This document shows, piece after piece, positions 16,975-25,419 of a stretch of 64,000 nucleotides of DNA. Each line of letters opens with the position of its first letter. Within the stretch, counting starts at the first letter, position 1. This stretch comes from Actinomycetota bacterium (GTDB lineage Bacteria > Actinomycetota > Acidimicrobiia > Acidimicrobiales > VFJN01), in assembly GCA_046730015.1 (NCBI GenBank), contig JBKPHT010000137.1, positions 1,512-65,511 of the forward strand, read 5' to 3'. Position numbers and translations under genes: made by a program. The notes beneath the pieces were generated by a model. That model searched no databases and was not told the DNA's origin. It saw only the letters and a program-made list of their open reading frames with translations.

Positions 16975-19092
16975 ATGTCGGCCCTGCAGGATCCGCCCGC
17001 CGCCCGGCGGGACGACGTCGTCGACCACGTCCACGGGGTGGCGGTGCCCGACCCGTACCGCTGGCTCGAGGACGCCGAGGCGCCCGAGACCCGGGACTGG
17101 GTCGCCGCCCACAACGCCCGCACCCGCGCCGTCCTCGACGCCGACCCCGGCCGGCCCGCGCTGGTGGACCGGTTCACCGAGCTGTTCTCGGCCGGCACCG
17201 CGGCGGCGCCGTCGATCCGCGGCGGGCGGCTGTTCTCGATCGACCGGTGGGGCGGGCGGGAGCAGGCGGTGCTCGTGGTCCGGGATGTCCACGGCGACCG
17301 GGTGCCGCAGGCCCGGACCCTGATCGACCCGCATGAGCTGACCGGCGATCCCACCGCCGCCCTCGACTGGTACGCCCCCAGCCTCGACGGCTCGCTGGTC
17401 GCCTTCGGCACCTCCACCGGCGGCGACGAGCGTTCCACCCTTGGGGTCGTCGACGTCGCCACCGGCGAACGGCTGGCCGACACGATCCCCCGCACCCGGG
17501 CCGCCTCGGTGGCCTGGGCGCCGGGCGGCAAGGCGTTCGCCTACACCCGCTACCCCGACCCCGCGGCGGTCGGCGAGGAGGAGGCCAACTACCACCGGAC
17601 GGTCTGGTGGCACGCCCTGGGCGACGACCCTGGCCACGACGAGCTGGTGTTCGGCGACCTGCCCGACAAGACGGCCTGGGCGTCGGTCGAGCTGTCCCGG
17701 GACGGCCGCTGGCTGCTGGTGGAGCTGTCGCTCGGCTGGACCCGGACCGACGTCCACCTGATCGACCGTTCGACCGGCGCCCGGACGACCCTGATCGAGG
17801 GCGTCGACGCGCTGTCGTCCTTCACGGTCGTGGGCGACCGGCTGGTCGGGACCACCACCCTCGACGCACCGCGGGGCCGGGTGGTGGCCGCGCCGGTGAC
17901 CTCCTCCACTGCCGACCGGTGGCGCACCGTGGTGGCCGAGTCGGCCGACGTCATCGAGGGCGTGACGGTCACCGCCGGCTCGCTGCTGGTGGCGTCGAGC
18001 CGGTCGGCGCTCAGCCGGCTGGCCCGGCTGCCCCTCGCCGCCCTCGACGCCAGCGACGCCGGCCCGCCCGTCGACCGGGCGGCGCTGACGGAGATCCCGC
18101 TGCCCGAGCCGGGCTCGCTGGCCGGAGTGGCGGGCGACCGCGACAGCGAGACGGCGGTGGTGGCGTTCACCTCGTGGGCCAGGCCGCCGGAGCTGTGGCG
18201 CTGGTCGCCGGTTCAGGCGTCCGCCGGCGACGACCGGCTGGTCCGGTGGAGCGACCTCCCCTCCCCCGTAGTCCCTGCGGACTACACCGTGACCGCCGAG
18301 CGGTACCCGTCGACCGACGGCACCGAGGTCACCCTGTTCACCGTCCGCCGGGCCGGCGCCGACCCGGGACCGGCGACGCCGACGGTGCTCACCGGCTACG
18401 GCGGGTTCGCGGTGACGATGAGCCCCGCCTACAGCCCGAGCGCGGTGGCGGTGGCCGACGACGGCGGCACCTACGCCGTGGCGTGCGTCCGGGGCGGGGC
18501 CGAGGACGGCGAGGACTGGCACCGGGCCGGCATGCGCGAGCACAAGCAGCAGGTGTTCGACGACTTCGGAGCCGCCGCCGACTGGCTCGTGGCCGGCGGC
18601 CGGACCGGCCGCGACCGGCTTGCCATCCGGGGCGGCAGCAACGGGGGCCTGCTGGTGGCGGCCACGATCACCCAGCGTCCCGACCTGTGCCGGGCCGCGG
18701 TGTGCGCGGTGCCGCTGACCGACATGGTCCGGTTCCCCCGGTTCCTCATCGCCCGGCTGTGGACGCCCGAGTACGGCGACCCCGAGGTGCCCGGCGAGTT
18801 CGCCTGGCTCTGGGCCTACTCGCCCTACCATCGCCTGGAGCCCGGCACCTGCTACCCGGCGACGCTGATCCTCACCGGCGAGGAGGACAGCCGGGTCGAC
18901 CCCGCCCACGCCCGTAAGTTCGGGGCCGCGCTGGCCCGGGCCACCGCCTGCCGCGACGAGCGGCCGGTGCTGGTCCGGATCGAGTCGCGGGCGGGGCACG
19001 GGCAGGGCAAGCCGGCGTCGAAGCAGGCCGAGGAGGCGGCCGACGTCCACACCTTCCTCCGGGCCCAGATCGGTCTCGGCACCGGGGCGTGA
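16975..19092 (+). CDS. prolyl oligopeptidase family serine peptidase (S9A)
   Basis: N-terminal DPYRWLED, a beta-propeller region, and a catalytic GGSNGGLL with C-terminal Asp/His regions. 705 aa. Confidence 0.93.
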   Translation: MSALQDPPAARRDDVVDHVHGVAVPDPYRWLEDAEAPETRDWVAAHNARTRAVLDADPGRPALVDRFTELFSAGTAAAPSIRGGRLFSIDRWGGREQAVLVVRDVHGDRVPQARTLIDPHELTGDPTAALDWYAPSLDGSLVAFGTSTGGDERSTLGVVDVATGERLADTIPRTRAASVAWAPGGKAFAYTRYPDPAAVGEEEANYHRTVWWHALGDDPGHDELVFGDLPDKTAWASVELSRDGRWLLVELSLGWTRTDVHLIDRSTGARTTLIEGVDALSSFTVVGDRLVGTTTLDAPRGRVVAAPVTSSTADRWRTVVAESADVIEGVTVTAGSLLVASSRSALSRLARLPLAALDASDAGPPVDRAALTEIPLPEPGSLAGVAGDRDSETAVVAFTSWARPPELWRWSPVQASAGDDRLVRWSDLPSPVVPADYTVTAERYPSTDGTEVTLFTVRRAGADPGPATPTVLTGYGGFAVTMSPAYSPSAVAVADDGGTYAVACVRGGAEDGEDWHRAGMREHKQQVFDDFGAAADWLVAGGRTGRDRLAIRGGSNGGLLVAATITQRPDLCRAAVCAVPLTDMVRFPRFLIARLWTPEYGDPEVPGEFAWLWAYSPYHRLEPGTCYPATLILTGEEDSRVDPAHARKFGAALARATACRDERPVLVRIESRAGHGQGKPASKQAEEAADVHTFLRAQIGLGTGA

Positions 19093-20039
19093 GAACACCG
19101 CTGCCGGGCCCGGTGTTCGCCCGGATCCGGGCGGCCTGCGCGGCGGTGGCGGACCGGGCGACCCACGTCGCGATCGACGACCGCGCCCTCGACCGGCTCG
19201 CCGCCGGGCTCGACCGGGACGAGGTGCCGCTGCTGCCCGAGGAGCGGCCGCCGGGCGACGACGAGGCGGTGGCGGCCCACGTCGTGGCGTGGAACGCGGT
19301 GAACTTCGGCTCGGGCTGGTTCCCGCTGCTGGCCAAGCGGCCGGGGCTGTCGGGCGCCCGGACCCTGGCGGCCGCGCTGGCCGACCACGTCGCCGCGGCG
19401 GGGCCGCCGACCGCCGCCTGGCTGGCCCGGGCCGACGCCGCCACCTGCGCCGCGGTGTTCGGCCAGCCCCACCCCGGCCCGGTCGACGACCTCCTCGCCC
19501 TGTACGCCCGGTCGTGGAACGACCTGGGCCGGATGCTGGCCGGCCGCTACGGCGGCTCGGCCCTGGCGCTCGTCGCCGGCGCCGACGGGTCGGCCGCGGC
19601 GCTCGTCGACGCCCTCGCCGCCCTGCCCCTGGGCCGGGACGTGGCCGCCTACGGCCGCCTGGAGGTTCCGTTCCTCAAGCGGGCCCAGATCACGGTGTCG
19701 CACCTGGCCCGCGCGTTCGGGGGCCGGGGACCGGGCCGGTTCGCCGACGCCGGCGACCTCACCGCGTTCGCCGACAACCTCGTCCCCCATGTGCTGCGGA
19801 CGGCGGGCGTCCTGGTCTACGACGACGGCCTGGCCGCCCGGATAGCCCGCGGCGACCTGCTGGCCCCCGGCGGCCCGGAGGAGGTCGAGATCCGGGCCTG
19901 CGGCGTCGAGGCCGTCGAGCGCGTGGCCGCCCGGACCGGGCTCTCCCCGGCCGCGATCGACGCCCGGCTGTGGCAGCGGGGACAGGACCCGACGGTCAAG
20001 GCGCTGCCCCGCCACCGGTGCCGGACGACGGCGTACTGA
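19089..20039 (+). CDS. queuosine salvage family protein (DUF2419 / Qng1-like)
   Basis: NAVNFGSGWFP, FLKRAQI, and FADNLVPHVLR motifs. The GTG start overlaps the peptidase stop (GTGA). Confidence 0.8.
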   Translation: MRTPLPGPVFARIRAACAAVADRATHVAIDDRALDRLAAGLDRDEVPLLPEERPPGDDEAVAAHVVAWNAVNFGSGWFPLLAKRPGLSGARTLAAALADHVAAAGPPTAAWLARADAATCAAVFGQPHPGPVDDLLALYARSWNDLGRMLAGRYGGSALALVAGADGSAAALVDALAALPLGRDVAAYGRLEVPFLKRAQITVSHLARAFGGRGPGRFADAGDLTAFADNLVPHVLRTAGVLVYDDGLAARIARGDLLAPGGPEEVEIRACGVEAVERVAARTGLSPAAIDARLWQRGQDPTVKALPRHRCRTTAY

Positions 20040-20097
20040 CGGCCTCCCGAGGGCCGATCGATCACCATCCGGGCAGACCCGCCCGCCACCAGCGACA

Positions 20098-20733
20098 ATG
20101 GGAGGCGTGGCGCCCTCCGCACCCCCACCGTCGACCGACGGGGGCCATCCGGCCCGCAAGCCGCGCCGGGGCCTGATCGGGACGGTGCTCGACGGCGCCG
20201 GCGGCGTGGTGCGGGCGGTGGCCAGCGAGGCTGCGCCCGGCGTCGTCGACGCGGTCGACGTCGACGAGGTGGTCCGCCGCATCGACATCGACGCGGTGCT
20301 GGAGCGCCTCGACCTCGACGAGCTCCTGGCGCGCGTGGACATGGACCGGGTCCTGGCCCGCATCGACGTCGAGGCCCTGCTGGCCCGCATCGACGTCAAC
20401 CACCTGCTCGACCGGGTGGACGTGAACGCGGTGGTGGCCCGGGTCGACCTCGACGCCGCCCTCGCCCGCGTCGACGTCGACGCGGTGATCCGCCGGGTGG
20501 ACGTCAACGAGGTGGTCGGGCGGGTCGACGTCGACGCGCTGGTGGCCCGCACCGAGCTGGGCAGCGTCGTGGCCCGCTCGACGGCGGGCGTCGTGACCGG
20601 CGCGGTCGACCTGCTCCGGAGCCTGGGCGTCGGGCTCGACCTGTTCATCCACCGGTGGATGAACAGGCTGCTCCGGCGCTCTGCGGAGGCCGGCCCCGGC
20701 GGGCCGCCCCTGCTGGTGGAGGAGAGGTCGTGA
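20098..20733 (+). CDS. hypothetical protein with eleven tandem 9-aa repeats (hDhDxhhxR)
   Basis: In-frame periodic sequence VDVDEVVRR IDIDAVLER LDLDELLAR ... VDVDALVAR, followed by a basic amphipathic C-terminus. Its stop overlaps the GTG of the next gene. Confidence 0.75.
   Translation: MGGVAPSAPPPSTDGGHPARKPRRGLIGTVLDGAGGVVRAVASEAAPGVVDAVDVDEVVRRIDIDAVLERLDLDELLARVDMDRVLARIDVEALLARIDVNHLLDRVDVNAVVARVDLDAALARVDVDAVIRRVDVNEVVGRVDVDALVARTELGSVVARSTAGVVTGAVDLLRSLGVGLDLFIHRWMNRLLRRSAEAGPGGPPLLVEERS
20254..20550 (+). repeat. 27-nt tandem coding repeat x11
   Basis: Eleven consecutive 27-nt units (gtcgacgtcgacgaggtggtccgccgc and variants) with no indels. They are mirrored as a spurious antisense ORF at 20062..20652. 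Confidence 0.9.
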
Positions 20734-21236
20734 CGGCCGGTGTCGCGGCCGACCGGGACATCGCCCTCCAGGGCCGCTACGCCGGCGCGGTGACCCGCCT
20801 CGGCGCCTACCTGATCGACATCAGCGCCGCGACGCTGCTGTTCGTGGTGGGCGCCGGCGTGTTCGAGTTCCTGCTCTCCGAGATCCTGAGCCTCGATTTC
20901 GACCTGGCCGACGTGCCCTTCCTGTCGGTCGTGGCCGGGACGGTGTGGGGGTTCCTCTACTTCGCCGTGCCGCTGGCGGCCAGCGGGCGCACGCTCGGCA
21001 TGGCGATCTGGGGCCTCCGGGTGGTGCGCTCGGACGGCAGCGACCTCGACGGCCGCCACGCGGCGCTGCGGGTGGCGGCGCTGCCGCTGAGCTTCCTGTT
21101 TTTCGGGCTGGGCCTCCTGATGATCCTCGTCCACCCGGCCCAGCGGGCCCTGCACGACCTGATCGCCGACACGGCCGTGGTGTACGCCTGGGACGCCCGG
21201 GCCGCCCGCCTGCGGTTCCTGGCCAAGGGCGGCTGA
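20730..21236 (+). CDS. RDD family membrane protein
   Basis: YAGAVTRLGAYLIDI..., three TM segments, and a conserved ...RALHDLIADTAVVY ending. GTG at 20730 with an upstream GGAGGAGAGG RBS. Confidence 0.85.
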   Translation: MTAGVAADRDIALQGRYAGAVTRLGAYLIDISAATLLFVVGAGVFEFLLSEILSLDFDLADVPFLSVVAGTVWGFLYFAVPLAASGRTLGMAIWGLRVVRSDGSDLDGRHAALRVAALPLSFLFFGLGLLMILVHPAQRALHDLIADTAVVYAWDARAARLRFLAKGG

Positions 21237-21238
21237 GG

Positions 21239-21526
21239 TCAGCGGGCGGCGGCTGCAGCCCGCTCCGCCTTGCGGCCACCGGCCGGCGGGCGGGCCTCGG
21301 GTGGGTCGGCGTCCTTGTCGTCGTCGGCGCCGACGGCCTGGACGTAGGCCCGGAACCCCACGTCGTCCTCCTCCACGGTGAGCGTCCTGAGGTGGTGGCC
21401 GAACAGCGTGGTCCGGACCTTGATCATGGCCTCGTCGGGCACGCTGTCGATCGAGGCCAGGAACTGGCGGACGTCGCCGAGGGTCATGGTGCGGGCCGCG
21501 GCCCGTGCGGTGATGGTGCGCTTCAT
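21239..21526 (-). CDS. hypothetical protein (95 aa)
   Basis: ATG at 21526 (MKRTITARAA...) within the longer track ORF. GC3-rich codon usage, no recognised domain. Confidence 0.5.
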   Translation of the reverse strand: MKRTITARAAARTMTLGDVRQFLASIDSVPDEAMIKVRTTLFGHHLRTLTVEEDDVGFRAYVQAVGADDDKDADPPEARPPAGGRKAERAAAAAR

Positions 21527-21542
21527 CGCCCGATCATCCCTC

Positions 21543-22271
21543 ATGCCGGGCGGCCCGGCCGTGCAGGTATCGGCGGGGCGTGCGCTACGGTCCCGCTCCG
21601 TGGGGCCTCGGGCGCTGATCGAGATCGCGGTCGGCGACGCGCCCGTCGACTGGTCGTCGGTCGGCTTCGCGGTGGCCGACGACGGCACCTGCGCGATCGG
21701 CCCGACCCGGCTGCGGCTCGCCGGGACCGCCGGCGGCCGCGGCATCCTGGGCTGGACCCTCGCCGACCTCGACGACGGGGATGACGACCTCCCCGCCGAC
21801 CTCGACGGTCTGCCCACCGCTGCCGGCGAGCCACCCGGGCCGGCGGCCGAGCCCCCCGCCCACCCCAACCGGGTCGTGGGCCTCGACCACGTGGTCGCCA
21901 TGACGCCCAACCTCGACCGGACCACCGCCGCCCTGGAGGCCGCGGGCATCGCCGCCCGGCGCACCCGGGAGGCCGGTCAGGGGCGCCTGCAGCGGTTCTT
22001 CCGGGTCGGACCGACCATCCTCGAGCTGGTCGGGCCGGTCGAGCCGCGGGGCGCGGGCCCGGCCCGGTTCTGGGGCCTGGCCTTCACGGTCGACGACATC
22101 GACGCCACCGCGGCCCACCTCGCCGGGCGGATCGGCGAGCCGAAGGACGCCGTGCAGCAGGGCCGGCGCATCGCCACCCTCCGCGCCGGCGACGAGATCT
22201 CGGTGCCGGTGGCGTTCATGTCGCCTCCGGGATCGCCTCGCCCGGGCGGCGCGGGCGAGCCCCGCCGCTAG
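21543..22271 (+). CDS. VOC / glyoxalase-like domain protein
   Basis: The C-terminal half GLDHVVAMTPNLDRT...RFFRVGPTILELVGP...WGLAFTVDDID fits the glyoxalase-like fold. The start is uncertain (ATG 21543 or a downstream GTG). Confidence 0.72.
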   Translation: MPGGPAVQVSAGRALRSRSVGPRALIEIAVGDAPVDWSSVGFAVADDGTCAIGPTRLRLAGTAGGRGILGWTLADLDDGDDDLPADLDGLPTAAGEPPGPAAEPPAHPNRVVGLDHVVAMTPNLDRTTAALEAAGIAARRTREAGQGRLQRFFRVGPTILELVGPVEPRGAGPARFWGLAFTVDDIDATAAHLAGRIGEPKDAVQQGRRIATLRAGDEISVPVAFMSPPGSPRPGGAGEPRR

Positions 22272-22283
22272 CCTGCCGACGCC

Positions 22284-22886
22284 ATGCTCGACCATGTCTT
22301 CACCGATGCCATCGGGGCCCTCCGGGACTCGCTGGAGCGGGCGTTCCTCGAGCGGCAGGCGTTCGAGGAGCGGTTCCAGGTCGACGTGCTGCTGGGCGAC
22401 GTGACGTGGGAGACGTCCTACGGGCTGCCCGGCGAGGGGCTGCCGCCCCGGGTGCAGGCCGACCTCACGCTCGACTGGCCGACGTGGGCGCAGACCGCCT
22501 ACCGGTCGTGGTACATCGGCGAGCCGTTCTCCGACCCGCCCCGCATCGAGATCGAGCTGGTGCTGCGGGTGCAGCGGCTGGCCGAGGCGCCCGACCCCAG
22601 CCTGGTGCTCGCGGTGCTGCCCGAGTCCAGCGCGCCCATCGGCTCGGAGCACCTGGAGCGGTCGGGCCCGACGATCGAGACCGTGTGCTCGGCCGACCTC
22701 AAGGAGCGGGAGTACGCCATCGAGGTGTCGTACGAGGGCAGCTACGACCTCGACGAGGCCACGCTGGCCGATGGCACGATCCTCGACGACCACCTGAGCG
22801 CCATGGGCGGGTGGATCGCGTCGACGCTGGTCAAGCTGGGCGACCTCACCCTGCCGTTCCTGCCCCCCGTCGACGACGACCGCTGA
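22284..22886 (+). CDS. hypothetical acidic protein (200 aa)
   Basis: Clean ATG ORF with coding-like composition and no recognised motif. Confidence 0.65.
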   Translation: MLDHVFTDAIGALRDSLERAFLERQAFEERFQVDVLLGDVTWETSYGLPGEGLPPRVQADLTLDWPTWAQTAYRSWYIGEPFSDPPRIEIELVLRVQRLAEAPDPSLVLAVLPESSAPIGSEHLERSGPTIETVCSADLKEREYAIEVSYEGSYDLDEATLADGTILDDHLSAMGGWIASTLVKLGDLTLPFLPPVDDDR

Positions 22887-22926
22887 CCGCCGACCGCGGG
22901 CCCGTCGCGGGGGTAGCGTCGGCGCC

Positions 22927-23718
22927 ATGGCCGACGTGCTGACCCTCGACGTCGCCGAGCGCGTCGCCACCGTCACCCTCGACCGCCCGGAGGCCCGCAA
23001 CGCGCTGAACCGCGAGCTCCGGCGAGAGCTGACCCACACGATGCGCGACCTGGACGCCGACGACGAGGTCGACGTGGTGATCCTCACCGGCGCCGACCCC
23101 GCCTTCTGCGCCGGGCTCGACCTCAAGGAGCTGGGAGCCGGGCCCGACCCGGGCGCGTCCGAGGAGGCGCTCGGCGGAGACGAGCGCCCGCCGGCCGAGC
23201 GGGGGCCGTTCCCGCCCATCGGCAAGCCCGTCATCGGGGCGGTCAACGGCGTGGCCATCACGGGGGGCTTCGAGCTCGCCCTGCGGTGCGACCTGCTGGT
23301 GGCGTCGGAGCGGGCCGCGTTCGCCGACACCCACGCGCGGGTCGGGATCATGCCGGGCTGGGGCCTGACCGTGCTGCTCCCCCAAGCGGTGGGGGTCCGC
23401 CGGGCCCGCGAGATGTCGGCCACCGGCAACTTCGTCGACGCCGCCACCGCGCGGGCCTGGGGCCTGGTGAACCACGTCGTGCCCCACGACGACCTGCTCC
23501 CGTTCGCCCGGAAACTGGCCGCGGACATCGTGTCGAACGATCAGCGGGCGGTGCGGAGGATCTTCGCCACCTACCGGGAGGGCGCCCTGCTCAGCGGGGC
23601 CGACGCCTGGGACGTCGAGGCGGCCGCGGCCGACGAGTGGCAGGGCGGCGGGCTCGACCCCGCCGCCATCGAGGCCCGCCGGGCCGCGGTGACCCGCCGG
23701 GGCCGCGCCCAGGTGTGA
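22927..23718 (+). CDS. enoyl-CoA hydratase/isomerase family protein
   Basis: Crotonase-fold motifs LDRPEARNAL, VILTGADPAFCAGLDL, and GAVNGVAITGGFELAL. Confidence 0.9.
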   Translation: MADVLTLDVAERVATVTLDRPEARNALNRELRRELTHTMRDLDADDEVDVVILTGADPAFCAGLDLKELGAGPDPGASEEALGGDERPPAERGPFPPIGKPVIGAVNGVAITGGFELALRCDLLVASERAAFADTHARVGIMPGWGLTVLLPQAVGVRRAREMSATGNFVDAATARAWGLVNHVVPHDDLLPFARKLAADIVSNDQRAVRRIFATYREGALLSGADAWDVEAAAADEWQGGGLDPAAIEARRAAVTRRGRAQV

Positions 23719-23873
23719 CCCGCCGGCGCGGTCCACGACACGGGTCGGCAGCACCGCCGGAGGGCGATGGCCAGGTCACCGCCCCTGGGGAGCCGCCGGT
23801 CGTCGTCGACGTACCGTGACCCGGGCGGTGCCGGTCGCACCACCCGCCGTCCGTCCGCCGTACCCTGGCGCCC

Positions 23874-24251
23874 ATGCTCGACGAGAAGCTGAGGCGGCTG
23901 GCCGGCCAGGGCCGGAACTTCGCCGCGGTCACCACCCTCCTCCCCGACGGGACGCCGCAGACCCAACCGATGTGGGTCGACGCCGACGACGAGCACCTGC
24001 TGCTCAACACCGAGGTGCACCGGCAGAAGTTCAAGAACGTCCGCCGCGACCCCCGGATCACCGTGACGGTCTGGGACGCCGGCAGCCCCTACGAGTACGC
24101 CGAGCTGCGGGGCGAGGTCGTCGACACCGTCACCGGCCCGGAGGCCCGGGCCCACATCGACCAGCTCGCCCAGAAGTACACCGGCCAGGACTACGCCAAC
24201 CCGGTCCAGTCGGAGCGCGTCATCCTCAAGGTCGCGCCCCGGCGCCGGTGA
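23874..24251 (+). CDS. PPOX class F420-dependent oxidoreductase
   Basis: 125 aa. NFAAVTTLLPDGTPQTQPMW...RDPRITVTV...YAELRG pattern of the small F420/FMN-binding split-barrel family. Confidence 0.85.
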   Translation: MLDEKLRRLAGQGRNFAAVTTLLPDGTPQTQPMWVDADDEHLLLNTEVHRQKFKNVRRDPRITVTVWDAGSPYEYAELRGEVVDTVTGPEARAHIDQLAQKYTGQDYANPVQSERVILKVAPRRR

Positions 24252-24340
24252 CCGGGTCGGACATCTCGCGCTCACCGCGATCCAACCGACCCAGAAGCGG
24301 CCACCCACTGCCCGATCGGGATGGTGGCCGGCTCCCGGGG

Positions 24341-25321
24341 TCAGGACAGGAGCGACGCCAGGCTGACCTCGGGGCGGGCGCCGATGTGGCTGATGACCTC
24401 GGAGGCCGCCAGGGAGCCCAGCTCGCCGCACTCGGGCAGGGGCCGCCCGGAGGTGTAGCCGTAGAGAAACCCGGCGGCGTACAGGTCGCCCGCCCCAGTG
24501 GTGTCGACCACCTCGACGGGGTGGGCGGGGACTTCGTGTGTCTCCGGCCCCGCGACCACCACCGATCCCTTCTCCGACAGGGTGATGCACGTGATGCCCA
24601 CCTCGGACCGGGCCCGCTCGACGGCCGCGCCGACCTCGTCACAGCCCCACAGCGCGCAGGCCTCGGTCTCGTTGGCGAACAGGATGTCGACCCGCTCGCG
24701 CACCAGCGGCAGGAAGCCGTCGCGGTGCCGCTCGACGCAGAACAGGTCCGACAGGGTCAGCGCCACCTTGCGCCCGGCCTCGGTCGCGTACTTCGACGCC
24801 GCCCAGTAGGCGTCCTGCGACTCGGGCCGGTCGAACAGGTAGCCCTCGAGGAAGGTGACCTGCGCGTTGCGGACCAGGTCGGCGTCGACGTCGGACGGGC
24901 AGAAGAAGGCCGACGCGCCGAGGAACGTGTTCATCGTCCGGTGGGCGTCCGGGGTGACGATGATGAGGCTGCGGCCGGTCGGCGGGCCTTCCTTGGCCGG
25001 CGCGTTGTGGAAGACGACGCCCTGGGCGGCCATGTCGTGGGCGTAGACGGCGCCCAGCTGGTCGTCGGCCACCCGGCCCATGTAGGCGGACCGGCCCCCG
25101 AAGCTCGCCACCCCGGCCATCGTGTTGCCGGCCGACCCGCCCGACATCTCGATGCCGGGGCCCATGGCGGCGTAGAGCTGCTCGGCCCGCTCGGCGTCGA
25201 TGAGCGTCATCGCGCTCTTGACGAGCCCGTGCTCGACGATGAACTCGTCCGTCTCGTGGCTGATGACGTCGACGAGCGCGTTGCCGATGCCGACGACGTC
25301 GAGGCTGGCCTCTGCGGTCAT
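24341..25321 (-). CDS. adenosine kinase / PfkB family sugar kinase
   Basis: VVGIGNALVDV, SGGSAGNT, and C-terminal DTTGAGDLYAAGFLYG motifs. The ATG at 25321 is preferred over the longer track ORF. Confidence 0.88.
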   Translation of the reverse strand: MTAEASLDVVGIGNALVDVISHETDEFIVEHGLVKSAMTLIDAERAEQLYAAMGPGIEMSGGSAGNTMAGVASFGGRSAYMGRVADDQLGAVYAHDMAAQGVVFHNAPAKEGPPTGRSLIIVTPDAHRTMNTFLGASAFFCPSDVDADLVRNAQVTFLEGYLFDRPESQDAYWAASKYATEAGRKVALTLSDLFCVERHRDGFLPLVRERVDILFANETEACALWGCDEVGAAVERARSEVGITCITLSEKGSVVVAGPETHEVPAHPVEVVDTTGAGDLYAAGFLYGYTSGRPLPECGELGSLAASEVISHIGARPEVSLASLLS

Positions 25322-25419
25322 TCGGGCGAGGCTAGCCGCGCCCGGCGTCACCGGCGCCCTTCCGGCGGAGCCCGGAACGGGGCGGAAACCGTCACACCCG
25401 CTGGGTACGGTGCACGCTC

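Noticed and set aside
20254-20550. I considered the 27-nt tandem repeat as a non-coding VNTR or CRISPR-like array.
   Set aside because: The period is a multiple of 3 and the repeats stay in frame with flanking coding sequence. The units diverge mainly in ways that keep the hDhDxhhxR peptide pattern, and the ORF is coupled to the next gene.
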